DNA of 46,361 nucleotides, taken from the NCBI GenBank assembly GCA_020859905.1, contig JAJBVI010000052.1, forward strand, positions 1 to 46,361, written 5' to 3'. Under the pieces are notes generated by a model, which was given only the letters and a program-made list of their open reading frames with translations, did not search any database and had not been told where the DNA came from. The DNA is from Lachnospiraceae bacterium. GTDB lineage: Bacteria; Bacillota; Clostridia; Lachnospirales; Lachnospiraceae. Both the position numbers and the translations under genes were made by a program. Below, piece after piece: positions 9,113 through 19,205 of this stretch. The stretch's first letter is position 1. Each line of letters starts with the position of its first letter.

Positions 9113-10072
9113 TCAGTTTTCCCCCTGGCGGATCTCGCCGCGCTCGCAGCGGTTGCCCCATGCGTCGATGAGTTCGCCTTCGCGGTACACGCAGATGATT
9201 TCGCAGTGGTTGGCGCAGTTGGGGCAGGTCACCTCCCGCGTGAGGAATTCCATTTCCGCCACGTCGAAGGAGAAAGGTTTTTCTACGCCGCATCCCTGCG
9301 CCAGGATGGCGGCTCCGTAGCAGCCCATCAGATGGCCGTTTTCGTCTACGATGATTTCCTCGCCGAGGGAGTCGGCGAAGGCTTTCACGACGCCCTCGTT
9401 CTTGCTGACACCACCCTGAAATACGATCGGTGCGGCGATTTTTTTCCCTTTTCCGATGTTGTTCAGATAGTTGTTGGCGACAGCATGGCACAGACCGGCG
9501 ATGATGTCTTCCTTCTTATGGCCCATCTGGATCTTGTGCACCAGGTCGGATTCCGCGAAAACGGTGCAGCGGGCGGCGATGGGCGTCGGGTTTCGGCTTC
9601 CCAGTGCGATTTTCCCGAATTCCTCCACCTCAACGCCGAGACGCCTGGCCTGGCTGGTCAGGAAGGAACCGGTTCCGGCGGCGCAGAGCGTGTTCATGGC
9701 ATAGTCTACGGCCACGCCGTTTTCCACGCAGATGATTTTGGAGTCCTGACCGCCGATTTCGAGAATCGTGCGGACATCCGGGTGGAGCGTTGTTGTCCCC
9801 ACAGCGTGCGCCGTGATCTCGTTTTTTACAATGCTGGCGTTACACATGGCGCCGACCAGTTTCCGGGCGCTCCCGGTCGTCTCCGCGGCGACAACCTGAT
9901 ACTGCCCGCGGTCCAGTTCTTTGCCGAGAGCGGCGATGACGCGCTTCGATGCTTCCATGGGGTTTCCCTCCGTCCAGAGGTAGATCCCGCACAGGATGTT
10001 TTTCTCTTCATCTATAATGACGCCCTTAGTGGAGATCGAACCGATGTCAATCCCGAGATATGCTTTTTTCAT
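9113..10072 (-). CDS. Acyl-CoA dehydratase activase (ASKHA ATPase, [4Fe-4S]) with C-terminal CxxCxxxC...GNRCERG extension
   Basis: Start re-placed at MKKAYLGIDIGSISTK (RBS AAGGAG). NEITAH, LEIGGQDSK, MNTLCAAGTGSFL, ARCTVFAESD. Confidence 0.92.
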   Translation of the reverse strand: MKKAYLGIDIGSISTKGVIIDEEKNILCGIYLWTEGNPMEASKRVIAALGKELDRGQYQVVAAETTGSARKLVGAMCNASIVKNEITAHAVGTTTLHPDVRTILEIGGQDSKIICVENGVAVDYAMNTLCAAGTGSFLTSQARRLGVEVEEFGKIALGSRNPTPIAARCTVFAESDLVHKIQMGHKKEDIIAGLCHAVANNYLNNIGKGKKIAAPIVFQGGVSKNEGVVKAFADSLGEEIIVDENGHLMGCYGAAILAQGCGVEKPFSFDVAEMEFLTREVTCPNCANHCEIICVYREGELIDAWGNRCERGEIRQGEN

Positions 10073-10150
10073 GGCGATACTCCTTCTTTTTTGATTCCTC
10101 TCAGGCCTCGCTGCGATCGGATCACAGAGTGATCCTGACCTTGCGGCTGT

Positions 10151-10211
10151 TTCTCTCATGCCCGGCGCAGTCATGCCATGGTTCTCTCATGCCCGGCGCG
10201 GTCATGCCATG
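10151..10211. repeat. 31-bp-period tandem duplication spanning the stop of the reductase-like gene
   Basis: TTCTCTCATGCCCGGCGC(A/G)GTCATGCCATG twice. Confidence 0.85.
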
Positions 10212-11353
10212 ATTTTTTTCTCATGTCCCATTGCGATCATGTCATAGAATGCTTCGAGCCGTGTCTCGATCCCGGTGTCGCTGGTCTGCGTATCGTAGCT
10301 CAGGTACAGGGTCGGAATTTTATAATCTGCGCTGATATTGTGCAGCATCGGGATGCAGTCCATCTCCGGCGTGCAGCCGAAGGATTTGACATGCACGAGC
10401 CCGTCGAATCCCTTTCCGGCATAGTATTCCGCCAGCGTGACGGTGGAGACGGAGGAGCTGCCGGTGTCGTACCGGACATAGTTCGAACACTCCTCTTTCT
10501 GGATGTCGACCCAGATGGAGGAAGGGAATTTGTGCAGGTCATAATTGATATAATGCTTTAATTTCCGGATGACATGTTTGTCCGGGCAGATCAGGAGGCT
10601 GTTGGAGAGGTTCATCCAGCGGTGGACCTCCGCGCCCATCTGCGCCAGCTTTTTTTCTATTTCATGGTTGGAAAACGGATCCATGATGGTGAAATATTCC
10701 CCGATGATGCCGACACGCAGCGGATGTTCCGGCTTGCTGAGCGGGATGGCTGCCATGTCCGCCATCGTTTTTTTGTATATGCGCCGCACCTCGCGGAACC
10801 CTTCTGCTTTCCGCAGATCAGCGAGAAAACGCTTGTAAACCTGGTCATAGGCACCTTTTTCTGTCTCGAAGCCCATGTTCTGCCGATAGTAATCCTCCAC
10901 CCTGTCGATGCTTGTGATCATCTTGAATGCGGCGGGAATCGCTTTGGCCATCTGCAGCAGCCCGGCATCGGGTGCGAAGTATTTCATTCCCTTCAGAATG
11001 TCGAGGATGTAAGGGTAACGGAGAAGGGAGATGTTGAAAATCTCGAAGTCGTAGCCCATGTCTTTTAAGATCTGTTCATGCAGTTCTCCGTAATAGCCGA
11101 GCCGGCAGGTACCGCCGGTCTGGATCAGCACATTCGCGCCGGCCTCCAGCGCCTCGATGTAATTCCCCATGTGACATTTAAAGGGCGCACAGACGAAGTC
11201 AGGACTGTATTTCGCGCCCAGTTCGATCGTGCGCTTCGTCATGGCGGGCGGACTCATGTAGTCCAGATGGAGGCCGCTATTTACGAAATATTTTATGGCG
11301 ATATCGTAATTCCCGAGCGAAGGGTAACACAGCTTATATGGTTTTTCAGGCAT
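10202..11353 (-). CDS. 2-hydroxyacyl-CoA dehydratase/reductase-like subunit (PlsR/Red2-like)
   Basis: SPDFVCAPFK, GTCRLGYY, VGIIGEYF, KSFGCTPE, ETRLEAFYD; three conserved Cys. Confidence 0.8.
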   Translation of the reverse strand: MPEKPYKLCYPSLGNYDIAIKYFVNSGLHLDYMSPPAMTKRTIELGAKYSPDFVCAPFKCHMGNYIEALEAGANVLIQTGGTCRLGYYGELHEQILKDMGYDFEIFNISLLRYPYILDILKGMKYFAPDAGLLQMAKAIPAAFKMITSIDRVEDYYRQNMGFETEKGAYDQVYKRFLADLRKAEGFREVRRIYKKTMADMAAIPLSKPEHPLRVGIIGEYFTIMDPFSNHEIEKKLAQMGAEVHRWMNLSNSLLICPDKHVIRKLKHYINYDLHKFPSSIWVDIQKEECSNYVRYDTGSSSVSTVTLAEYYAGKGFDGLVHVKSFGCTPEMDCIPMLHNISADYKIPTLYLSYDTQTSDTGIETRLEAFYDMIAMGHEKKIMA

Positions 11354-12272
11354 TTGCGTTTAACTCCTTTCGGAAACGGATGATATCGATAAAGCTTTCC
11401 AGCCGTGTCTCAACGCCCGCACTGGCATCCTGGCTGTCCAGCAGGAGATTTAAGATCGGGCGGTCTCTGACACGCCGGATGATCATTTCGTTGACCATGG
11501 AGTCCGGACCGCAGGGAAACGCGGTCAGCAGGATGATGCCGTCAATCTGGTCATGATATTTCTGAATGGCGCCCAGCAGCTCGCGGCTCATGACCCACGG
11601 GACTCTCTGGCAGATTTCCAGGCAGTCCAGCTGTGCCAGCCTCGGATCTATGGCGTCAGAGCAGACCGGCAGTGCATCCAGGCGGCGGATGCCCTTTAAG
11701 ATCGGCTGCCCGATGTACTCGTCGTAGAGATTGTAACAGTGCCCGACGACCAGTACGCGGATCCTGTCGGTGGCGGCGATGGCGGCTTCCTGTTCGCGGA
11801 TGCGGTTCCGGATGTCTGCCGCCCAGGCCTTCCGGGCTTTCTGCCAGGCGGCTTCCGCCTCCTGCCGGGTTCTGTTCAGATCCTTTGCCAGGCCGAGATA
11901 AGCTTCCTTTTCCGGTTTTTTCTGCTGCGGGTCAACGTCGCAGGAGAGAAACCGCAGGTTTTTATCCCGGAAGGTGTTGACACAGATATCATAGAGCGCC
12001 TCAAACCGCGAGCAGAGGACTCCGTCCTCCGCGAAATTGGCGATGCGCGGGACGAAAACCATCTCGCATTTACCTTCCAGTGCGGCCACATGTCCCAGGA
12101 AGAGCTTGCTGGAGAGGCAGTTCTCATCGATGGCATAGCGGTCTCCCGCGTCCTGAAGCGCTTTGGTTGTGTGCGGGCTTAAGACCGTTTCGATACCGAG
12201 TTCGGAAAAGAATGTTTCCCAGAGAACGGCGTAGCGGTAATAAAGCAGTGCGCGCGGTATTCCTATTTTCAT
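11346..12272 (-). CDS. DUF2229-type acyl-CoA dehydratase activase-related / reductase subunit (Red1-like)
   Basis: Start MKIGIPRALLYY (RBS AGGGAG). DENCLSSKLFLGH, FPCGPDS, ETRLESFID. Overlaps the next gene. Confidence 0.82.
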   Translation of the reverse strand: MKIGIPRALLYYRYAVLWETFFSELGIETVLSPHTTKALQDAGDRYAIDENCLSSKLFLGHVAALEGKCEMVFVPRIANFAEDGVLCSRFEALYDICVNTFRDKNLRFLSCDVDPQQKKPEKEAYLGLAKDLNRTRQEAEAAWQKARKAWAADIRNRIREQEAAIAATDRIRVLVVGHCYNLYDEYIGQPILKGIRRLDALPVCSDAIDPRLAQLDCLEICQRVPWVMSRELLGAIQKYHDQIDGIILLTAFPCGPDSMVNEMIIRRVRDRPILNLLLDSQDASAGVETRLESFIDIIRFRKELNANA

Positions 12273-12367
12273 GGCTGTCTCCCTTGTGATTCCTGTCAAC
12301 ATATGCCTGTGCCCTGATCGGAATCAGTCTTGTGATGTGGCGGTGGCAGGCCGGCGGTCACATCTGC

Positions 12368-15300
12368 TTATATATAATGCTTCGATTTAAAATGTTTTAA
12401 GTATGCGGCGATGTATTTCTGGTCTACCGGCGGGCAGGTGATGCCGGACCGTCCGAGCAGCAGCCGCGCGTTGCCTGTGTCGTAGGTCGCGTTTTTGCTG
12501 ACAAAATGCCGCAGTACATTTGGATTGCTGTCATTTCCGGCCTCAAAAAGGCATTCTAAGAGCACCATGGCGTTCTCCGAGGCGTCGGATTTCCGGATCC
12601 GGTTGCGCCACGCTCGGAACGGGATGCGGCGAACTGTGTAGCCGCAGGCGCGGATATAGGCGACCACCGTGTTTAAGGTCTGCGGCGCCGGGTTGACCAG
12701 ATTGAAAGCGTGTCCGAGTGCCTCTTCTTTTCTGGAAATGTAGATCAGCGCCTTTGCCACATAGTCCACGGGGGTCATGTGGAACTCATATCTCGCGTAC
12801 GGCACGGCTTTCATCTGGATGGTGGAAACCATCAGGCGGCTGACCATATCCTCAAGCTCCCAGATGCCGTTTGCGGCGCCGGTGATGTCGCCGGGGCGGT
12901 AGATCGCTGCCCGCAGGCCCCTCTTCTGGGCGATGCCGATGATTTTTTCTGAAACCCATTTGGTCTCGGAGTAGGAGAGGGAAAATCCGTGCCGGTTACT
13001 GAGGGCGGCATCCTCCATCACGTGTCTGCCGCTGTTGTCCGGCGTGTCGTATACGCTGTAGGATGAGACATAGTGGTAGTACTTTGCGCATCCCGCTCCG
13101 GCCAGGCGCAGTGTCTCAACGGTGCCGTTTACATTGGTTGCTTTTAAGTATTCGTAGGGAAATACGAAGTTCAATACCGCGCCGTTGTGGTAGATGACCT
13201 CGATCCGTTCGGACAGGGCTGTCCACGTCTCGTCATCCAGTCCGAGCCTGTAGGATGCAAGGTCGCCGGTGACCGGGCGGATATAGTGTTCCATGCCGTC
13301 ATTCCAGCAGCGGTAATGCTTCATATTGTTACGGATACGCTCCATCGCGGCTTCTTCGGAATCCGCGCGGACCAGGCACCAGAGTTCCAGACCGCTGTGC
13401 GGGTAAAAACGGAAAATGCTGTGAATGAGCTGTGCGCCCAGGAATCCCGTGGCGCCGGTGAGGAAGATCTTCCGGCAGTCCGCGGGCACCGTCAGGTAAT
13501 CTTCTTTAAAGCGGATGCGCTCGTCGAGCCGGCATTCCGATGCCAGATTGACGGCTTTTCCCCTGCCCGTTGTTCCGGAGAGGACGGAGTGTATGTATCG
13601 GGTGATGCCTGTCACGGAGGCGTCGCGGAGCAGCTCGCGCAGGTCGAGCTTTATGTGGTATTTTTCTTCTATATTATGTATGAGTTCAAAGCCCATCAGG
13701 GAATCCCCGCCCAGCGCGAGGAATGAATCCGTCAGGCTGAACTGGTCGATTTTCAGCACTCTCTGGAATGTGGAATGCACCTGCAGCAGGATGTCGTCGG
13801 CTTTATCCGTCAGTACATCCGCCCGCTCAATGGATTTGTCGATGACCTCATCCGCGAACTCGCTGGATTTTTCAATCAGGGAGCTGCTTTTTTTCCGGAC
13901 GGAGGCATCATGGCTGCTGTAGAGTACCTGCAGAGATCCCTCCTGATACAAAGCGCGGGTCTTCAGCATCTGCAGCTTGCGGTTGTCTGTCCGCGGAAGC
14001 GTGTTCTGCGGGACGAAAACGATGTCATAGAAAGAGAAAGCAAAACGGTCGGAAACGACCCGGTTGACCTCCTGCACCCTCTTTGCGAAATTCTCCCCCT
14101 GTCTCGCCTCGATCACGGCGACGACATTCTCCTTCGTGTCGGCCGTGCAGGAGAAAAAACCGTACGAGGCGCCGGTCAGAGCCGGGACATGGCGGCTGAT
14201 GGTCGCCTGCAGGTCAGACGGGTAGATGTTATGCCCGTTGACGATGATCATCTCCTTGATGCGCCCGGTGATGTAGAGATTCCCTTCATATAAAAAGCCG
14301 AGATCGCCGGTTTTATAAAACTCACAGTCGTAACCCTCCATCTTTACATGGAAATTCCGGCTGTCCTTCGGATTATCCCAGTAGCCGTCCGCCACGCTGT
14401 CCCCGGAGAGAAAGATCTCGCCGATGTGCAGGTCGGGGTAGACTTTTTTCGTCTTCGGGTTGCCGATGACGACAGTCAGGTCTTTGACCGGCCTGCCGAC
14501 GCTGACGATCTCCGTGGTGTGGCGGGATGTCTGCGCTTCGGGCTGCGCGGAGCCCGCGACGCTGCCTGTTATGTTCGCCGTGTGAGGCGTGTTCGCGGCA
14601 TTCTGCACTTCGTTCTGTGCGGAGGCGGCTTCGCTGCCTGTTATGTTCGCAGTGCGAGGCGTGTTCGCGGTATTCCGCTCTCCGCGCTGTACAGAGGCGG
14701 TTTCGCCGCCTGCAGTGTCTGCGCCGCCTGTGTCCTCAACGATCACCGCCCGGTTTTTCTGGTATGCCTCATAGTCCAGCGTCAGGGTGCGGTAATCCCG
14801 GCTGGCGAATGTTGCAAGGCAGACATTCTCCGAGACACCGTAACCGGGAGCCATTGCGTCAGGCGGGCAGCGGAACATGGAGGTAAACCGTCCGGCGCTT
14901 TTGGCGCTGATGAACTCCGAACCGTTCATAAAGTGGGTTACCTGTCCGAGCGAATATTTTGCCGCTTCCGCGTCGGAAAAGATGCGCGTACAGGCATCAT
15001 AGGCGGAGCCGGGACCGACCGTCAGCGTGATTTTAAAATCTGAGATCAGCCGGATCCAGAGCTTCGGGTTTTCCAGAAAGCGGAGCGTCTGCAGGAAATA
15101 ACCCGTTGAACTTGTCGCGACGATCGGCATGCAGATCGTGACGACCAGCCCGAGGTTATGAAAAAACGGAACCCAGGTAGCCAGAGAGACGTTGTCGAGG
15201 CTTAAGGACGCGGAACACTGCTCGATATTCTTCATCAGGTTCTTCCAGGTCACGCGGACGCCCTTCGGCGCTTTCGTGGAGCCGGAGGTGTATTGCAGAT

Positions 15301-15823
15301 AGACCAGCTGATCCGGACTCGCCGGTACGATGACGTCCTCACGGCGGTAAGGATCCAGGCGGTCGGTATAAATGCGTTTCAGGCGTACGGTATCGCGGAA
15401 CGCTTCCCTTAAGAGGCGGCCGGCGATGTTCACATCGGAGTCCTGCTCTAGTTCATAATTAGAGATCAGTGCCTTCGGATGGCAGGACCGCAGGACGGAA
15501 ATGAGATGCTCCGTCTTGTCCTCGTCCAGCGGCGGCGGAATGATCGTGAATACAACGCCCGCCATCATGCATCCGTACACGGCGTACATGGTTCCGAAAT
15601 CCTGCATGGAAAAAATCACCGCGCGGTCTCCGGGGCGCAGCCCCTTTTTCCGCAGCATATACGCAACCTCCAGCGCCCTGTGCCAGGCCTCAGAGAATGT
15701 ATGCTTCTCCTGCAGCCAGGTCTGCGTGTTGTCGTCGTAATCGACAAAGCGAAAGACCGCACGGTCCGAAGCGTCAGCGGCTTTATCCTTTAAATAGTCA
15801 ATAAGAGTCGGTTTTGTTCTCAT
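12368..15823 (-). CDS. Fatty acyl-AMP ligase - acyl carrier - thioester reductase (FAAL-ACP-R) tridomain protein
   Basis: Start re-placed at MRTKPTLIDY. Adenylation motifs YLQYTSGSTKAPKGV, KTGDLGF, ITGRIKEMIIVNGHNIYP. Carrier SFLALGGDSL. Reductase FLTGATGFLG, YSETKW, YRPG. Confidence 0.9.
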   Translation of the reverse strand: MRTKPTLIDYLKDKAADASDRAVFRFVDYDDNTQTWLQEKHTFSEAWHRALEVAYMLRKKGLRPGDRAVIFSMQDFGTMYAVYGCMMAGVVFTIIPPPLDEDKTEHLISVLRSCHPKALISNYELEQDSDVNIAGRLLREAFRDTVRLKRIYTDRLDPYRREDVIVPASPDQLVYLQYTSGSTKAPKGVRVTWKNLMKNIEQCSASLSLDNVSLATWVPFFHNLGLVVTICMPIVATSSTGYFLQTLRFLENPKLWIRLISDFKITLTVGPGSAYDACTRIFSDAEAAKYSLGQVTHFMNGSEFISAKSAGRFTSMFRCPPDAMAPGYGVSENVCLATFASRDYRTLTLDYEAYQKNRAVIVEDTGGADTAGGETASVQRGERNTANTPRTANITGSEAASAQNEVQNAANTPHTANITGSVAGSAQPEAQTSRHTTEIVSVGRPVKDLTVVIGNPKTKKVYPDLHIGEIFLSGDSVADGYWDNPKDSRNFHVKMEGYDCEFYKTGDLGFLYEGNLYITGRIKEMIIVNGHNIYPSDLQATISRHVPALTGASYGFFSCTADTKENVVAVIEARQGENFAKRVQEVNRVVSDRFAFSFYDIVFVPQNTLPRTDNRKLQMLKTRALYQEGSLQVLYSSHDASVRKKSSSLIEKSSEFADEVIDKSIERADVLTDKADDILLQVHSTFQRVLKIDQFSLTDSFLALGGDSLMGFELIHNIEEKYHIKLDLRELLRDASVTGITRYIHSVLSGTTGRGKAVNLASECRLDERIRFKEDYLTVPADCRKIFLTGATGFLGAQLIHSIFRFYPHSGLELWCLVRADSEEAAMERIRNNMKHYRCWNDGMEHYIRPVTGDLASYRLGLDDETWTALSERIEVIYHNGAVLNFVFPYEYLKATNVNGTVETLRLAGAGCAKYYHYVSSYSVYDTPDNSGRHVMEDAALSNRHGFSLSYSETKWVSEKIIGIAQKRGLRAAIYRPGDITGAANGIWELEDMVSRLMVSTIQMKAVPYARYEFHMTPVDYVAKALIYISRKEEALGHAFNLVNPAPQTLNTVVAYIRACGYTVRRIPFRAWRNRIRKSDASENAMVLLECLFEAGNDSNPNVLRHFVSKNATYDTGNARLLLGRSGITCPPVDQKYIAAYLKHFKSKHYI

Positions 15824-16093
15824 GTAATTCGTTGCCCCTGTATAAAAATGATGTTGAGGATGGCGAGAGCACACAGTACGGAGTAAGACGCAGCAATACA
15901 CAGCAATACGCAGCAATGCGCGGGTGTCATCATACCGGAATGGCATTTGCCCCCTGTGACACCACGGATTTTTCGCACGGCGCAAAATCGCCGTTACTAT
16001 AATATATCGGATACGGAATTCCCGCAAGTGAAATAAATATAAAATTATGAAAGAGCGACGACACACGAGGTTAAAATTCAGAGGACATTGCCC

Positions 16094-17260
16094 TCAAATA
16101 GCAAAAGCGATGCCGGTCTTCAGCCTTTGCAGCCCGTCTTCCACAAGTGAGCGCGGGCAGGCGATATTCATGCGCAGGAAGCCTCTGCCGGATGCTCCGT
16201 AGGCGGAGCCGTCCGCGAGGTACAGACCGGTCTTTTTGCGGATCAGGGAGCCGAGTTTCTCGCCGGGCTGCGCCAGCCCCGTGCCGTCCAGCCAGAGCAG
16301 ATAGGTAGCCTCAGAGGGAACCATCCGAAGCTGCGGGATCTCTGCCGCGACAAACTCGCTGACAAGGCGCCGGCTGTCGGAGAGGTAAGCGCGCAGCTCA
16401 TCCAGCCAGCCGCCGCACTGTGTGAACGCGGCAATGCTGACGGCAGCTGCGAAGGAATTCGGTTCCGCGGCTTCATCGGTGTTCAGGGCGCGCCAGACCT
16501 TATGGCGCAGGAATTCATCTGGTATCATCATGGCGGCGCTGTGCAGCCCGGCCAGGTTGAAAGCCTTAGTCGGCGAGATGCAGGTGATGCTGTTGCGGCG
16601 GCACGCCTCTGACACAGAGATAAAGGGAATGTAATCCCGCCCCGGCTCGGTGATGTCGCAGTGAATCTCATCCGATATAACGATCACGTGGTGCTTCAGA
16701 CAGAGTTCGCCGATTGCGGCGAGCGTTTCCCTGTCCCAGATTTTCCCGATGGGGTTGTGCGGATTGCACAGAATCATCATGCTGGTCTGCGGATCCGCCA
16801 GTTTTTTTTCCAGATCGTCCCAGTCGATGTGATAGGAGGCGGTGTCCGGGTCGTAGAGCAGGCGGTTCTCCAGCACATTTCTCCCGTTATTGAGGATACA
16901 GTTGAAAAAGATATTGTATACCGGCGTCTGAATCAGGACGTTCTCCCCGGGTGATGTCAGTTTCCGGACCGTCGAGGAGATGGCGGGGATGACGCCGGTA
17001 CAGAAGACCAGCCAGTCCTTCTCCACGCCCAGTCCGTGACGGATGCCCCACCAGTCCATGATGGAGGTATACCACTCCTTCGGTATGCACGAATATCCGA
17101 AAACGCCGTGATCCAGCTGTTTCTGAATAGCCTCCCGGATCTCCGGCGCAGCCTGAAAATCCATGTCCGCCACCCACATGGGAAGCTCGTTTTCTCTGAC
17201 CCTCCATTTCAGGGAATCTGTATTTCTGCGGTTTGTGACAGTATCAAAATCATATTTCAT
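16094..17260 (-). CDS. patB: MalY/PatB family PLP-dependent cystathionine beta-lyase
   Basis: LPMWVADMDF, CNPHNPIG, SDEIH, SPTKAFNLAG, LRMNIACP. Confidence 0.92.
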   Translation of the reverse strand: MKYDFDTVTNRRNTDSLKWRVRENELPMWVADMDFQAAPEIREAIQKQLDHGVFGYSCIPKEWYTSIMDWWGIRHGLGVEKDWLVFCTGVIPAISSTVRKLTSPGENVLIQTPVYNIFFNCILNNGRNVLENRLLYDPDTASYHIDWDDLEKKLADPQTSMMILCNPHNPIGKIWDRETLAAIGELCLKHHVIVISDEIHCDITEPGRDYIPFISVSEACRRNSITCISPTKAFNLAGLHSAAMMIPDEFLRHKVWRALNTDEAAEPNSFAAAVSIAAFTQCGGWLDELRAYLSDSRRLVSEFVAAEIPQLRMVPSEATYLLWLDGTGLAQPGEKLGSLIRKKTGLYLADGSAYGASGRGFLRMNIACPRSLVEDGLQRLKTGIAFAI

Positions 17261-17426
17261 GAAAGTATTCTCCTTTTGTGATGCGGATGATGGAACTAAA
17301 GCGGGTCTGTGACGAGCGATTCCCCCGGGTGTGGTTTCTGCGGGAAAGAGCGGAGCCGGTTCAGCCTCGGGGAAGCATCGCTGAACCCGTACAGCCGCCT
17401 GGGTGCGGCTGTGCCGGGATTGGCAT

Positions 17427-18275
17427 TCAGCTCGAAGCCCTGCACGTGATCCGGGTCATGGACGGGTCGACCCGGTCTCTCTCGATGATCAGCTCGTCGA
17501 TACTCTCCGCCGTGATGGCGCCGGAGGAAGGGTTCAGCACACTGTCAATTCTGCTGGTGATGTCGGCCTCGACCGAAGAATATTCAAACGCCAGCGTCGT
17601 ATGGATCAGCTTGCAGTTTTTCATAACGAGACGGTCGATGTAGCACATGCCCTGCAGGCTTTCCACCGTACAGTTAATCAGCGTCAGGTTCTTAGAATTC
17701 CAGCCCAGATATTCCCCGGAGATAAAGGAATCATATACCGTGATATTTTCCGAGTTCCAGAAAGCGTCTTTTGAGAGCATCCGGGCATTCTTAATCGAAG
17801 CATTTTTCACACCGTCAAACGAATAATTCCCGACCAGGGTGAAATCCTCCGCTTCTATATTTTCCGAATTCATCGCAAAATAATCGCCTTTCGCGTAAAC
17901 CCGGCGCAGTTTTATATCCGAGCAGCTCCAGAGGGTCTCCTCTGCATTGGCAAAAGAGACATTCTCCAGCGTCAGTTTCCTGCACCTGCGGAAATTCTTC
18001 GGCGCCTCGATCACACAGTCACGCACGGAAATGTCATTTGTGTACCAGACACCGGCGCGCGCCATCTCAAACCAGGTGGTCCGTTCCGCGTCGATGTGGT
18101 TACAGTACCAGAGGGGATACTTCCATTTAAACATACAGTTTTTCAGTGATATACGGCTGCTCTCCTTCAGCGGGGATTCGCCGTTGTCAAATATCATATC
18201 GTAAACATCCAGGTCATTTGAGTGGAACAGTGCCCGCTCACCTGTTAAAAATTGCTGATGTATTTCCTGTCCCAT
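17427..18275 (-). CDS. DUF3737 family beta-helix protein
   Basis: GERALF, GESPLKES, KWKYPLWY, SKDAFW, GEYLGWNSKN, SLQGMCY; usual neighbour of patB. Confidence 0.85.
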   Translation of the reverse strand: MGQEIHQQFLTGERALFHSNDLDVYDMIFDNGESPLKESSRISLKNCMFKWKYPLWYCNHIDAERTTWFEMARAGVWYTNDISVRDCVIEAPKNFRRCRKLTLENVSFANAEETLWSCSDIKLRRVYAKGDYFAMNSENIEAEDFTLVGNYSFDGVKNASIKNARMLSKDAFWNSENITVYDSFISGEYLGWNSKNLTLINCTVESLQGMCYIDRLVMKNCKLIHTTLAFEYSSVEADITSRIDSVLNPSSGAITAESIDELIIERDRVDPSMTRITCRASS

Positions 18276-18584
18276 TTTGAATCGTGTCCTTTCTTTGCGG
18301 AGTGACTTTCATAGCAATAGGATTGTAACACTTTGGCGGTCAATAATCCAGTGTGATTTTGGTGTGCTGCATGGTCGACCGGCTCGCGGGCAGAATTTCT
18401 TCGGAAATCTCATAAAAAAGTCCCACAGCGGATGCAAATGTGTTATACTGATTCACTATAATGATATGATACAAGGAAATCTCTGATTTCTGTTATCGAA
18501 CTTATGCAGAGCTGCAATCCGTAGTATCATACCCTTTTGTCGCCCGAATCATGATATATGCAAATAGCCGGAAGGGAGATTCGT

Positions 18585-19205
18585 ATGGCAAACCGTATGG
18601 AAGAAAACCGTTATATAACACCGGTTAATATAGTATTTGCCCTGATCAATGCGGTCGTATATGTGGTACTGGAGATTATGGGTGACACGACAGACGCGCT
18701 GTTTATGTACAATCACGGCGCGATGTATCCGTATGCCGTCCTGCAGGATGGGGAGTGGTACCGGTTGCTGACATCGTCATTCCTCCACTTCGGTCTGGCG
18801 CATCTGGTGAACAACCTCATCCTGCTGATCTGCCTCGGAAGCTATCTGGAGCGCAGATACGGCAAAGCGCGGTATATCATCCTGTATCTGGTGTGTGCGG
18901 TCGGCGGCAGCCTGGTATCTATGCGGCATATGCTTTATACACAGGATATCGCGGTATCCGCCGGGGCATCGGGCGTCGTGTTCGGCATGGTCGGGGCGCT
19001 GCTCTTTCTTGTGCTGCAAAATAAAGGGAGGTTTGAGGACCTGTCCCTGCGCCGGTTCCTGCTGATGATGGCGCTGGCACTCTACAACGGATTTGCTGCC
19101 GCGGGGGTGGACAACGCGGCGCATGTGGGCGGTCTGATCGTCGGATTTGTCATGGGTGCCGTGTTCTTCGCGCTGGAGAAGCTGGCACAGGCGGTGCGGT
19201 GCTGA
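18585..19205 (+). CDS. Rhomboid family intramembrane serine protease
   Basis: WYRLLTSSFLHFGLAHLVNN, GASG catalytic motif, AHVGGL. RBS AGGGAG before the ATG at 18585. Confidence 0.92.
   Translation: MANRMEENRYITPVNIVFALINAVVYVVLEIMGDTTDALFMYNHGAMYPYAVLQDGEWYRLLTSSFLHFGLAHLVNNLILLICLGSYLERRYGKARYIILYLVCAVGGSLVSMRHMLYTQDIAVSAGASGVVFGMVGALLFLVLQNKGRFEDLSLRRFLLMMALALYNGFAAAGVDNAAHVGGLIVGFVMGAVFFALEKLAQAVRC

Noticed and set aside
15824-16066. 81-aa N-terminal extension of the FAAL in the ORF track
   Set aside because: No RBS, non-protein-like composition, and it overlaps a likely promoter and leader; the better start is 15823.
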